Below are positions 9,507-20,227 of a DNA stretch of 64,000 bases, piece after piece. Below the pieces are notes generated by a model. It made no database searches. It was not told the DNA's origin and worked only from the letters and a program-made list of their open reading frames with translations. Position 1 is the stretch's first letter; every line of letters starts with the position of its first letter. The position numbers and the translations under genes were made by a program. Origin of the DNA: a virus; the IMG/VR virus record IMGVR_UViG_3300031841_003468, positions 89,712-153,711 of that record; one strand, 5' to 3'.

Positions 9507-12491
9507 ATGCTCGTCAAAGACAGAGTAAAGGAATCGGCCACAGGTACGTCCGGTAATCTGTCCCTTCAGGGGGCAGACACCGGCTATGTGGCTTTTTCTA
9601 CTATTGGAAATAATGAATATACATACTACTGCGTTATAAGTGCAGATAGAACTCAATGGGAAGTTGGCTACGGTCAACTTAACTCTGATTCTAGTGAGCT
9701 TATTAGACCAGCTACAGTTATATCTAACAGTGCAGGCAACACTTCAAGACTTACTCTTGGTAGTGGAACCCACACTGTTTTTTGCACGTCTCCCGCTAGC
9801 AAATCTGTCTACCTTGACAATTCTGGGGCAGCAAATGTAGCTGTTAGTGTATTTACTAATGATGCTGGCTATTTAACATCCTATACAGAAACAAATGATC
9901 TAAGCTCGGCAGTTACTTGGGCAAATGTTCCTGATGCCAACATTACAGAATCGTCGGTAACACAGCATCAAGCTGCTCTTTCTATAACAGAATCACAGAT
10001 CAGTGACTTTGGAACTTACCTTACTTCTGAGACTTCACATGCAGATGTCGTTGTGGATGGAGACTTTGGTTCAGAAGGCTTGATGAAGCGTGGCGGTAGT
10101 GCTGGAACATATACTATAGTAACTGATAACTCATCTAATTGGAACACTGCCTTTGGATGGGGTAATCATGCATCCGCTGGCTACTTAACTTCTATATCTG
10201 GAATAACAACATCTAGTTTTGATGCTGCAACATTAGTTACAGAAGCAGATGACATATCAGACAATGATAATGATACAACAATCCCGACTTCTGCAGCAGT
10301 AAAAGATTATGCTGATCATGCAGAAAGTATTCTTAAATGTGTAAATGCTAGCGGTGGAACCCTCAATGCTGGCGAAGCCGTTTATCTTTCTGGTCATACT
10401 GGAACACAGATACAGGTTGACAAAGCAGACAATACTGATGCGGCTAAGATGCCAGCCATAGGTATAGTTAAGACTTCTGCTAGTAATAATGCCGCAGTAG
10501 ATATTGTCACGCATGGTAAACTTATAGGGATTGATACTTCTACACCAGCCTACTCAGTAGGGGATGAATTATATATTAACGGCTCAGGTGCTTTAACAGA
10601 TGTTGTTCCTACCGGTGAGTCATCACTAATACAAAAAATGGCAAAAGTTGTAAGGGTTCATGCCAGTAGCGGTGAAATATATATTATGGGTGCAGGAAGA
10701 AGTAATGCTGTACCTAATCTAAATTCAGCTAAAATATTTCTAGGTAATGCTAGCAATAAGGCTGTCGCCACCAGTATCACCGGAGATGTTACTATTACTA
10801 ACGCTGGCGTTACTACCGTTGGCTCTGTTGGTGAGTCTATTGTAACAGCACACCAAGCTGCACTGTCTATAACTGAGTCACAAATAAGTGATTTAGGCTC
10901 TTACATCACTGCTAGTTCTATAGATACATTAACAAATAAGAGTGGTAATATTTCTCAGTGGACAAATGACTCAGGTTATTTAACTGCTGTTTCTGGATTA
11001 ACTGTAAGTAATTTTGATGCTGCAACAATAGTTTTAGAATCTGAAGGAATTGGGTCTAACGATAATGACACAACTATTCCTACCTCTGCTGCAGTTGTAG
11101 ACTATGTAGCCAATAATGCTGGTGGTGCTAGCGACCTAAATGACTTAGGGGACGTTTCTTATGGTGGAACAAATCTGAGTCATACCATATTGATTAATAA
11201 TAATCCCGGCTCTGCACCTAACCATGGAACTTTAGGGTCAGACAATACTAGAAATCTTGGGATTGGCTACTTTGCTTTATCTAGTATAACAGACGCTTCC
11301 TACAATATTGCTTTAGGTAGTCTTTCCGGATGGCAGTTGACTACAGGGGACAAAAATGTATTTATAGGGCAAGATGCTGGATCACAAATTACAGACGGGG
11401 ACAGTAATATATGCATTGGCTATCAAACTCAGTATTACGGCAATGACGGAGATTACAACATAGCTATTGGTATTCATGCCTTAAGGGGAAACAGTAATGG
11501 TACTAGCACAACAAACAACTATAATAATATAGGTATTGGACAGCAAGCTTTATACAAAATTGAAGATGGAGATTCAAATGTAGCAGTCGGATATAAGGCT
11601 GCAAATGAAGTTAAAAACGGACAACAAAATGTTGCCGTTGGATATCAGGCACAACTATATGACGAAACTTGCGACCATAATGTTGCTATTGGTAGAGACG
11701 CTTTAAAAGGAAGTGCTAGCTCTGATAATCAGCAATACAACACGGGCGTAGGAGCTACAGCCCTTTTTGCCATTACAACCGGAAGTTATAATACCGGTGC
11801 TGGAGCATATACTGGAGCAGATCTTACGACAGGTGATAAAAATGTATATCTAGGGTACTCTGCTGGAACTGGAGCAACCGCAACAGAAAGCAACATGCTA
11901 TACATTGGAAACGCTATTGTTTCTCTTGATGGAACAATTATCAAAGCAGATATGGCAGAAAAACATATTGCTTTCGGCATGGCCGACGACCATTTTAGTA
12001 ACACTACTGGCTCAGCTACTGTCCAGATATATCCTAAAGATGCAGCAGACAATGCTTTAGAAATTAAGATGACTGCAACTCCTTCCGCTGCTACTCGTGC
12101 ACTAGAAGTCAAGAACAGTTCTGGTACTAGCCAATACTCGGTCACTGCAGACGGTGCAGTAAAAAGCAAAATGCACACCGAAACTTATGGAGCTACTACA
12201 ACATTTGACTTAAACGAATCAAACTTTTTTACGGTTACATTAACTGGCGACAGTACTTTTGCACTTTCAAACTCTACTACAGGGCAAAGATTTGTAATTA
12301 GGGTTGTACAAGACGGCACTGGTAGTCATGGTGTAACTTGGTGGAGTGGATTAAAGTGGGCTAATGCAACCGCACCAACTTTAACAACTGCCGCAAACTC
12401 AATCGACACATTTGGCTTCATTTGCACGGATTCTTCGACTCCTGTTTATGAAGGTTATATCATAGGACAGAATGTAGCGACACCATCATAA
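9507..12491 (+). CDS. Mosaic fibre protein with an internal DUF2190-like domain and YadA-like repeats
   Basis: DRVKE N-terminus; duplicated segments HQAALSITESQISD and NDNDTTIPTSAAV; AGEAVY...ADN...PAIGIV domain; ~14-aa N-x-A-I-G-x-x-A repeats at ~11250-11910. Confidence 0.7.
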   Translation: MLVKDRVKESATGTSGNLSLQGADTGYVAFSTIGNNEYTYYCVISADRTQWEVGYGQLNSDSSELIRPATVISNSAGNTSRLTLGSGTHTVFCTSPASKSVYLDNSGAANVAVSVFTNDAGYLTSYTETNDLSSAVTWANVPDANITESSVTQHQAALSITESQISDFGTYLTSETSHADVVVDGDFGSEGLMKRGGSAGTYTIVTDNSSNWNTAFGWGNHASAGYLTSISGITTSSFDAATLVTEADDISDNDNDTTIPTSAAVKDYADHAESILKCVNASGGTLNAGEAVYLSGHTGTQIQVDKADNTDAAKMPAIGIVKTSASNNAAVDIVTHGKLIGIDTSTPAYSVGDELYINGSGALTDVVPTGESSLIQKMAKVVRVHASSGEIYIMGAGRSNAVPNLNSAKIFLGNASNKAVATSITGDVTITNAGVTTVGSVGESIVTAHQAALSITESQISDLGSYITASSIDTLTNKSGNISQWTNDSGYLTAVSGLTVSNFDAATIVLESEGIGSNDNDTTIPTSAAVVDYVANNAGGASDLNDLGDVSYGGTNLSHTILINNNPGSAPNHGTLGSDNTRNLGIGYFALSSITDASYNIALGSLSGWQLTTGDKNVFIGQDAGSQITDGDSNICIGYQTQYYGNDGDYNIAIGIHALRGNSNGTSTTNNYNNIGIGQQALYKIEDGDSNVAVGYKAANEVKNGQQNVAVGYQAQLYDETCDHNVAIGRDALKGSASSDNQQYNTGVGATALFAITTGSYNTGAGAYTGADLTTGDKNVYLGYSAGTGATATESNMLYIGNAIVSLDGTIIKADMAEKHIAFGMADDHFSNTTGSATVQIYPKDAADNALEIKMTATPSAATRALEVKNSSGTSQYSVTADGAVKSKMHTETYGATTTFDLNESNFFTVTLTGDSTFALSNSTTGQRFVIRVVQDGTGSHGVTWWSGLKWANATAPTLTTAANSIDTFGFICTDSSTPVYEGYIIGQNVATPS

Positions 12492-13321
12492 TGGAAATAT
12501 TAGTAAATATAAACCATAATACTGACATAGATCAGTACAGCGATGGAGATGTCATTAGATGTTTTCCTCCTGAAGAAATTTTAGTGACTAGAGCACAAAC
12601 AATTTGCAACGCTGCAAACTTTGGCTTTAATTCACATGGATTAAGAGAACTAGGAACACTATTAGAAAAATACCAACAGAAGACTAGTAAGTTTAAGTTT
12701 ATAAGACTGAACTCAAATAATGTTCTAAAAAGAAACTTGATTACTGGTGAAGAGATCGTCGTCTCTAATACTGCAAATGAAGAAGGTGAAAGAATTCATA
12801 CTGAAGCATTTCTAAAGAGAAGACTTGCTAGACCAAAGCATAAAATATTTGGTAATAGTCAGGGCCGAGAGATATGGTATTCTAATAGTATTTACTTGAT
12901 TGATAGGATGGATTTAGTTGATGCCATATGGAATGACATTGAAACAGAAACTGGTATCTTAAAAGCAGATAATACTAGAAAGCATTTCACTAGAACTGAA
13001 AAAAGAAACTTCTTAGTCTTAGACTGCACAGGATTTATTAATAATGAATACAAAGACATTTCTATGGGAACAGCCGTAGAAAGATCTAATAGTGTCATTA
13101 ATCCAATAGGTGATAGTGAAGACCAAGAATACGAAATTCTAGCAAAAAGAAGATGGAACATCCCATACTTTGATCTTGCTACTGAACTTGGTATTGACAT
13201 TGATAAAGTTAGAGATCCAAGTAAACTAGTTGACCCTAGACAGGATATTCCTAGAGAACAAAAAAACAAGCTTGACGATATTATGATTGATAAAGTCAAC
13301 ACTGGAGAAATTATTATATAA
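12491..13321 (+). CDS. Hypothetical protein
   Basis: Translationally coupled ORF (TAATG overlaps at both ends); no motif recognised. Confidence 0.7.
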   Translation: MEILVNINHNTDIDQYSDGDVIRCFPPEEILVTRAQTICNAANFGFNSHGLRELGTLLEKYQQKTSKFKFIRLNSNNVLKRNLITGEEIVVSNTANEEGERIHTEAFLKRRLARPKHKIFGNSQGREIWYSNSIYLIDRMDLVDAIWNDIETETGILKADNTRKHFTRTEKRNFLVLDCTGFINNEYKDISMGTAVERSNSVINPIGDSEDQEYEILAKRRWNIPYFDLATELGIDIDKVRDPSKLVDPRQDIPREQKNKLDDIMIDKVNTGEIII

Positions 13322-14691
13322 TGGCAACCATATACAAAAGCATAGGAGAAAGGGCAGATATTACCATAGTTGATGGTGATTCTAGCTTGCCTACTAGTTC
13401 AACGGGCTCAGGCACGTTTGCTAGCCCCTATTCAATGACCTACAGTTCCTCTCCGGGAAATGTTGGTATTGGTGATGTATTAGAGGTAATAGACGGAACC
13501 TCTTTTGCCACATATTATTACTACGTAAAGTCTGTTTCAGGAAACACTGTCGAAGTTGTTTGGGTTTATGAAGATTCAGGTATGGGCTATGGAACTTCAT
13601 CTCCAACTGATTTGTTTGATATGTCTTTTCAGCAGGCTGGACATGATTACAGTCGTGGGTACAGTTCTATGACTGCTTGGGAAACTGGACTAAGTAATTC
13701 AGACTGGTATAGCTCAGGCGATGATGTTGTTGGCTGGGTTCATGATGACAATGACTATTTTGAAGAAAATGTAATTTTTAATAACACTACTAGCTTCAAT
13801 AGCGTAAAGCTTACCGTGCCTGAATCAGATAGACATGATGGCACCGCAAACACTGGCGTTATTAACAAGCCAAACGCTGATCCCGGTGCAAATAATTCAA
13901 CGTCTATTTTTAATATAGATATGAGTAACTTTACTCTTGAGTGGATAGAAATTGACATGTCTGGATCAACAAGTACTAATATTTGTATTCAGACCGGTAC
14001 TAGCAACACTAATGCAGATACAGACATTACAATACAAAATATGATTATACACACTTGGGGTACTAATCAGACTACCGACCCTCAGCACGGAATACTTATG
14101 AGGGGTGCAAGCGGAGGGTACCACAAGATATACAATAACATATTTTATAACTTTGATGAATCGGATGATAGTAATGTATTTATTAACTGTAATCAATCCC
14201 GTGCTACTGTCTATGTTTATAATAACACTGGGTTTGATATTCAGACTGGATCTAGTGGCAAAGTAGCCTATGGTATTTTATTTAGCAGTGATAATCCTGC
14301 TGAAGTTAATATAGTAAATAATATAATGCTTGATGCCAACAATACAAATAGTGCTTCAAATCAATATGATTTTTATAGAGGAAGCTCAAATAGAAGTGGA
14401 ACTAGATCACATAATCTTTCCAGCGATTCTAGTGCTTCCACCTATGGCACTGATGCACAAACAGGACAAACTGCTTCCAATGTTTGTGTTTCAACTACTG
14501 GCTCGATAGATCTACATATACTTGATACGTCAGATGCAGTTGGTAATGGAACAGACTTAGGCACGGAAGCAAATATAGATATAAATGGTTTTGACAGAAA
14601 CGGTACTGATGTTGATTGGGATATTGGTGCTCATCAAGTAACAACAGGTGGCACTACTGCAGGAGCCGCATTTTTATTATTCGTAGATTAA
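13321..14691 (+). CDS. Right-handed beta-helix virion protein
   Basis: Stacked IYNNIFY / VYNNTG / IVNNIM repeats and C-terminal DINGFDR...WDIGAHQ motif typical of beta-helix proteins. Confidence 0.65.
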   Translation: MATIYKSIGERADITIVDGDSSLPTSSTGSGTFASPYSMTYSSSPGNVGIGDVLEVIDGTSFATYYYYVKSVSGNTVEVVWVYEDSGMGYGTSSPTDLFDMSFQQAGHDYSRGYSSMTAWETGLSNSDWYSSGDDVVGWVHDDNDYFEENVIFNNTTSFNSVKLTVPESDRHDGTANTGVINKPNADPGANNSTSIFNIDMSNFTLEWIEIDMSGSTSTNICIQTGTSNTNADTDITIQNMIIHTWGTNQTTDPQHGILMRGASGGYHKIYNNIFYNFDESDDSNVFINCNQSRATVYVYNNTGFDIQTGSSGKVAYGILFSSDNPAEVNIVNNIMLDANNTNSASNQYDFYRGSSNRSGTRSHNLSSDSSASTYGTDAQTGQTASNVCVSTTGSIDLHILDTSDAVGNGTDLGTEANIDINGFDRNGTDVDWDIGAHQVTTGGTTAGAAFLLFVD

Positions 14692-14701
14692 GGTTTTAGT
14701 A

Positions 14702-15337
14702 ATGGCAAATAAACAAATTAAAGATCTTAATGTAAGGTCTGATGTACATAAAACAGATAAGTTGATTGTTCAGTCTGCGGATGATACTGTAAGTAACATT
14801 TCTGTAGATGCTTTGGCTGATGAAACAAGATTCCAAATAATGGGATGGGGATATAGGTCTGATAATGGCTTAGATACAACCCCGCTAAGTGTAGATGGAG
14901 ACACATGGACTCAATTAACCAATGATGGTGCATCCTCATCCTCTGCTACTGGGTTTTTGGCAGATGGCATAACAAGAGTATTTGACACATCAACAGGACA
15001 AGTCAAACTAGATCAATTATCATTAGCATCTACTGTTTTATTTAGGGTTGGTCTTGAAATGACACCTTCTGTAAACAACACGCTTGTTTCCGTTAGGTTA
15101 AACTATAATGCTAGAGACGAAAATAATGACATATTATATTCATTCCAGCAAGACTCTCAAACTTCAGAGTTAGCAGAATCTGGAGCTGGTACGGTATACA
15201 ATAAAATTTTTATAATTCCAGTTTATGTCGGAGATGAAAATTCTCGCAGAGGAGAGGGATACTTTGAGGTTCATAGCTCTGCAGCTCTTTCTGTTAACGA
15301 CGTTAAGATATTAAGCATCATTTCAGGAGGTGCATAA
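14702..15337 (+). CDS. Short fibre protein with probable C-terminal beta-sandwich
   Basis: KQIKDL...DKLIVQ fibre-type N-terminus and a beta-rich C-terminal part. Confidence 0.45.
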   Translation: MANKQIKDLNVRSDVHKTDKLIVQSADDTVSNISVDALADETRFQIMGWGYRSDNGLDTTPLSVDGDTWTQLTNDGASSSSATGFLADGITRVFDTSTGQVKLDQLSLASTVLFRVGLEMTPSVNNTLVSVRLNYNARDENNDILYSFQQDSQTSELAESGAGTVYNKIFIIPVYVGDENSRRGEGYFEVHSSAALSVNDVKILSIISGGA

Positions 15338-18300
15338 TGGCCCAGTATTTACTCAAAAGATCAAAAAATGACCAGAGCATTGTTTTTCAAAGAGATGCTA
15401 AAAGAGTTGGCACACACCCTCTTGGTGTATTACTTGCCGTAGGTAATGGTGACGGAACTGTCTCTATCAAAAATGAAGGTAAGTCAATAGATGGCATAGA
15501 TTTTTTTGAGCTATCTAATATTCCTTTTGCAGAATACAGAGTAAGAGATTTACAGGCTGGGGGTACGTATGCTGCCCAAAGACAGGTTGGTTCAGATGAA
15601 GCAGAAACTGTATCCGAACTAAATGAACTACTTGGTAATAATATTAGTAATAATCCTGACGAAACATTAGCTAGGCTTAGTGGTGACTTGATTGTAGATG
15701 CTGCTCGTGGTAGTGATACTACTGGTAATGGTACTGTATCTAAACCTTATGCAACTATTGGAGCTGCATACGCTGCGTCAGCTAGCGGTCAGACTATCGC
15801 TATTTGTGCCGGAACATACACTGAAACTATTATTGCAGACGGATCAAAATCCATAAGGTTCATTGGTATGGACAGAGAGCTTGTTATCTGGCAAGCAGCT
15901 GCATCTTTCTCGGATACCAATGATTCATGTTTTGAAACTACTGGAACATCATCGACTAATGAATTTCACTTTACTGGAATATCCTTTAAAAAAGGTTGTT
16001 TTGCAGTCAAAATCATGTCTGCTTCTAAAGTGCTAATAAATAATTGTGTGTTTTACCATAATGGATGGAGTGGATCAAGACTATCTTTATCTGCGGCACA
16101 AACAGATACTTGGGCAAATGAGGGAACACTGGGTTATGACTCCTCTGCTTCAGACTTACAATCTTTCGCTGCCAGCTCTGAGGTTATGAGTACTGAGGGT
16201 GGTGCAATCTTCATTGAAAATTCAACTGAGGTTGAAATCACAGACAACGACATTCATCATTGCAGATCTGGAATTTATTTACTAGACTGTGGAGAAAATG
16301 GTTTTGGCAATATTTCAAGAAACCAAATACACACATGTATATTGAGTGCCATTCACTTAAATTCTTCTAGCCTAACTGCCACAGATGGATGTTCAAACTT
16401 TAATATTTATAATAATTCTGCATCACTTACTGGGGACAATGGTATTTTTGTATGCGGTGGAATTGATAACATTGTTGCCTTAAACGTAATTAAAAATAAT
16501 TGGAATGCTGGATGCATGGCAGCAGATGCTTCCAATACTCGTTTTAGAGACATGGACTTATCTGATAATAATAGGGCTGCAACTAATGCAATGGGAGAAA
16601 CTGGCCATGCAGAAGGATCTATTGTCATCAAGGGGTCTACACTAAGATCTGATGCAGATTTTATCTGTGAAATTTTAGACACTCAAATTTATAATACTGG
16701 GCTGGGCTCTAGTAGCGAAAAGGTTGGTATTTATATTGACGACGGTCTTGATGCAATTAACGACAGAAGTAGGGCATTAATCAACATTGACGATGTTGGC
16801 TTTAAGAGTCAGGACTATGCCATCAAAGCAGAGTGTGATTTAGATGAAATAAAATTGACGCTTGGCGACTTAAGATTCATAGACACTGTAGAAAAAAATA
16901 TAGTAGCAACTAATGGTAAATACTATGAGCTACCATTTTCAAATCACCACACTAATATTAATGTTATTGACTTTAAGCTAGATGACACTAATTCACAGAT
17001 TCAGGTTAGAGAAGGTCATAATGGTAATGTAATTAATACTTACCCAATTAACTCTTTACAGGCTGTAGCTTTTGGCACTAAGATTAGAGTCATACTTAAG
17101 GGGTCAGACAAAATTCAATTTGACGACATCCCTGTTTCCGGCTGTAGTATTGGTGGTGTAGCCGTTAACTCTGTCCTTGCTACTGCAGTAAACACACTAA
17201 ATGGTATATTTACCAACACATCTGGTTTTTCTACTACTGGAGTCACTGTTACTGGTGGTAGTGTAACTGGCAATGATCTTACTTTAAATATGTCTGATAG
17301 CAGTTCTATAACTATTGACGTTACATCTTTAGCAGTTGACACAGACAATGAAGTGTCCAGCGGTGCAGTTAGTGGGACTGATCTTGTTCTTACTATGAGT
17401 GATGCATCTACTGTTACTATTGATGTTGCAAACTTAGTTAATGGTGCGACTGTTAATCTTGCCAATCCAAACTGGTTCTACCTGAATGGCCCCGATGCCG
17501 GTGACGCTGTTCCAGATACTAGTAGTGCAGAACAATCCAAGGCACCATTTTACTTTGGTGAAGCTCTTTATCCGGGTGAAGAAATTGCTTGGACACCTAA
17601 TTATGATAGCGATACACGATTTGGGATATGGCAAGGTGGAACTTTATACGGTTGGAGTAACATAAATAATACTCATTACTCAAAAAGCATGTATTATGAT
17701 GAGAGTCACAATAACTTACCGAGCGGCAAATCTTATGGCTGGGACTGGACTGAATCCCAAGGTAATTCATTTGCTAACGGGGATAGTATAATTTTAAGAT
17801 ACGATACAGATAATTTTCTAAAATTATTTAAGGTTCACCGTTACACTGGACAGGAAGACCTACGAGCAGTAGGGTCTGTAGCAGAAGATGGAACTGCAAG
17901 AACCATTGTTTGTCATATGGCAGATGATAATGCTGACTTACAGCTATTTACACACAGAGCAACAACCCCTAAACCTTTTTATGTTCGCACTGGTATTATA
18001 AGTACTAGGGGCGATCAGCACTTAAATTCCACATTCCAGCTTAATGACTACCAACCTTTAGACTACGGGCCTTTATTGGAAAAGGGTCAAGAACTAGTCT
18101 GGCAACATAGTAGTTCACTCACGGCTAGTAATACTATGGCTGTTGGTGTTTATGGTACTGATCTTACTGAAGGAACTTCTAACGCCAGAAAAGCTCAGTA
18201 CTGGGTAAGATCTGTAGCTATTGAGTCAGGTAGAGTTAGAGCGGATGGCGGTGCTACTTATGATGGTACTGGTTTCGACATCAATACTCGCTATGCTAGT

Positions 18301-20205
18301 GGGTACACCGTAACCTCTAATACCATATTTGCTCTTAGATATGCGTCTGACAATAAGCTTAAGTTATATGATATTACTGACGAAGGTCAAATCCTTATCA
18401 CTGAGGCCAATGTTGCCGAAGATGGAAATCCAGTTCAAATTACATTTGCTGCTCACCATTCTGAAACAGTACCTTCAATAACAAAAAGAGAAGCTGAATG
18501 GGAAATTGTCCATGAAGATTCTACTGGGCATGAAGGTGATTGGTATGATGGCATTAAACCTAGAACAGTTATTAAAAGTAGATTAGAAATAAATCCGGGA
18601 GAAAAATTAAGTTTCACTTGGGCTCCTCATACTAATACTTCTAATTTTGGTCTAGATTGGCTTGGCAATGCAACCGGTCATACTGGCGGTATCAATACTA
18701 AAACCCTGTGGGAAGCTGGATTACTAAAAACTTCTAGTAGCACAGACAATGAGTTTAGGTCAATTAATAATTCACAGCCTGACTGGAATATGAATACTAA
18801 CAATCAGTATTATGATGATTCAAGCGGCACTATCCTTTGGAGCAAACCAAGGGCTACAATGAACTTGGAAATAAGATACTTTGCCAATTACTCAGTTCAA
18901 CTACTGGACGTAGATACTGGTGAAGTAATAGCCACAATCGCACAGTCTTTGACCGGAAGTCCATTTAGATTTTGCATAGGGTCTAATCATGGTTTAGCAG
19001 CTAGTGAAATACCTACCAATTTGACAAAGGCTTCTTTAAGCTCAAGTCCATCTCCTTCACTACTGACACATGCACCCGATATTTCAAATCAGACTTTAAA
19101 TGCTGTTGAAAATTCAACCATTAACTTTACACCATCATTAGACACTAGTTCTAACAAGGTTACAATGTGGGCTTTTGAAAATCTTCCTAGCTGGCTAGTT
19201 GCCGATGAATCTACAGGTCAGATTACTGGAACTGCACCGGCTTACGCTGGAACAGCAGGTAGCGGAGTAAATGATGAGTATTATGTAACTGTTAAAGTTG
19301 GTAATCCTTTTGGTATAGATACGTGTACCCTTACAGTCAGTATAGCAGAATTATTACTGAATACAACATATACTAAGTGTATAGATAACGATAATACAAA
19401 TGAGTGGCTACAGCAAGTCACCAATAGCCTATCACAAAACCCGTTGAGAAGAAATGCAAATGGTACTGGCTCTAGTGATGCTTGGACTGTTAGTATATTG
19501 CAAGAATTTACGGGCGACACTACTGGTGGCTATTTGTTTGCACAGGGTGATAGTGCAACTGGAGTAGGTGTAAGATTATTCACCAATGGCAATGGAAATC
19601 TATCTTTTAGATATGGTAACAGTACATATAAATTATGGCAAAGCTGGAATAATGGAACCCTATCTACAGGAAATGACGTTTTTCACCTTATTACTATAAC
19701 ATATGATGGGGGAACAACTGGATCTGACTCCGCATATCTAAGTGACTACTTTGGTAGATTTAATTTTTATCTAACCGACTTAGATACTAAACAGACTTCC
19801 CAGATAACACCTGATTCTCAGAATCATAATAATGATGGTGTTAATCAAGCAATTTACGGTCGCCTTACAGTCGGCGGTAACTATAATAATAACTACATTA
19901 TGGGAGGTAAAGTTGCCGCTATGTCAATAACTAATTCTGCATTGACTTTATCTGAAATTCAAGGTGATAGCACAACTGGTGAAAATGGTTTTGCACTTGA
20001 TCCGCTTGGATGGAAAACTGAGAATAGTATTACAGATCCTGATCAGCATAAAATCTGGTTAATGGGTGATGGTGTAGATGACAACGATAATGGAGACCTT
20101 TACATCAGAAATCAGGTTGATACAACTGATAATGGATCAATGCTACAGATGAAGAATATGACATCAGATAGAATTGTAAATCACACACCTACAGGACTTC
20201 AATAA
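15337..20205 (+). CDS. Large spike/adhesin: pectin-lyase-like beta-helix, Ig-like domain and lectin (ConA/LamG)-like C-terminus
   Basis: GSDTTGNGTVSKPYATIGAA...GTYTE helix cap, parallel beta-helix repeats, LPSWLVADESTGQITGTAP Ig-like motif, HLITITYDG LamG-like motif. Confidence 0.7.
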   Translation: MAQYLLKRSKNDQSIVFQRDAKRVGTHPLGVLLAVGNGDGTVSIKNEGKSIDGIDFFELSNIPFAEYRVRDLQAGGTYAAQRQVGSDEAETVSELNELLGNNISNNPDETLARLSGDLIVDAARGSDTTGNGTVSKPYATIGAAYAASASGQTIAICAGTYTETIIADGSKSIRFIGMDRELVIWQAAASFSDTNDSCFETTGTSSTNEFHFTGISFKKGCFAVKIMSASKVLINNCVFYHNGWSGSRLSLSAAQTDTWANEGTLGYDSSASDLQSFAASSEVMSTEGGAIFIENSTEVEITDNDIHHCRSGIYLLDCGENGFGNISRNQIHTCILSAIHLNSSSLTATDGCSNFNIYNNSASLTGDNGIFVCGGIDNIVALNVIKNNWNAGCMAADASNTRFRDMDLSDNNRAATNAMGETGHAEGSIVIKGSTLRSDADFICEILDTQIYNTGLGSSSEKVGIYIDDGLDAINDRSRALINIDDVGFKSQDYAIKAECDLDEIKLTLGDLRFIDTVEKNIVATNGKYYELPFSNHHTNINVIDFKLDDTNSQIQVREGHNGNVINTYPINSLQAVAFGTKIRVILKGSDKIQFDDIPVSGCSIGGVAVNSVLATAVNTLNGIFTNTSGFSTTGVTVTGGSVTGNDLTLNMSDSSSITIDVTSLAVDTDNEVSSGAVSGTDLVLTMSDASTVTIDVANLVNGATVNLANPNWFYLNGPDAGDAVPDTSSAEQSKAPFYFGEALYPGEEIAWTPNYDSDTRFGIWQGGTLYGWSNINNTHYSKSMYYDESHNNLPSGKSYGWDWTESQGNSFANGDSIILRYDTDNFLKLFKVHRYTGQEDLRAVGSVAEDGTARTIVCHMADDNADLQLFTHRATTPKPFYVRTGIISTRGDQHLNSTFQLNDYQPLDYGPLLEKGQELVWQHSSSLTASNTMAVGVYGTDLTEGTSNARKAQYWVRSVAIESGRVRADGGATYDGTGFDINTRYASGYTVTSNTIFALRYASDNKLKLYDITDEGQILITEANVAEDGNPVQITFAAHHSETVPSITKREAEWEIVHEDSTGHEGDWYDGIKPRTVIKSRLEINPGEKLSFTWAPHTNTSNFGLDWLGNATGHTGGINTKTLWEAGLLKTSSSTDNEFRSINNSQPDWNMNTNNQYYDDSSGTILWSKPRATMNLEIRYFANYSVQLLDVDTGEVIATIAQSLTGSPFRFCIGSNHGLAASEIPTNLTKASLSSSPSPSLLTHAPDISNQTLNAVENSTINFTPSLDTSSNKVTMWAFENLPSWLVADESTGQITGTAPAYAGTAGSGVNDEYYVTVKVGNPFGIDTCTLTVSIAELLLNTTYTKCIDNDNTNEWLQQVTNSLSQNPLRRNANGTGSSDAWTVSILQEFTGDTTGGYLFAQGDSATGVGVRLFTNGNGNLSFRYGNSTYKLWQSWNNGTLSTGNDVFHLITITYDGGTTGSDSAYLSDYFGRFNFYLTDLDTKQTSQITPDSQNHNNDGVNQAIYGRLTVGGNYNNNYIMGGKVAAMSITNSALTLSEIQGDSTTGENGFALDPLGWKTENSITDPDQHKIWLMGDGVDDNDNGDLYIRNQVDTTDNGSMLQMKNMTSDRIVNHTPTGLQ

Positions 20206-20227
20206 TTTTAACCCGGAGATTATCTAA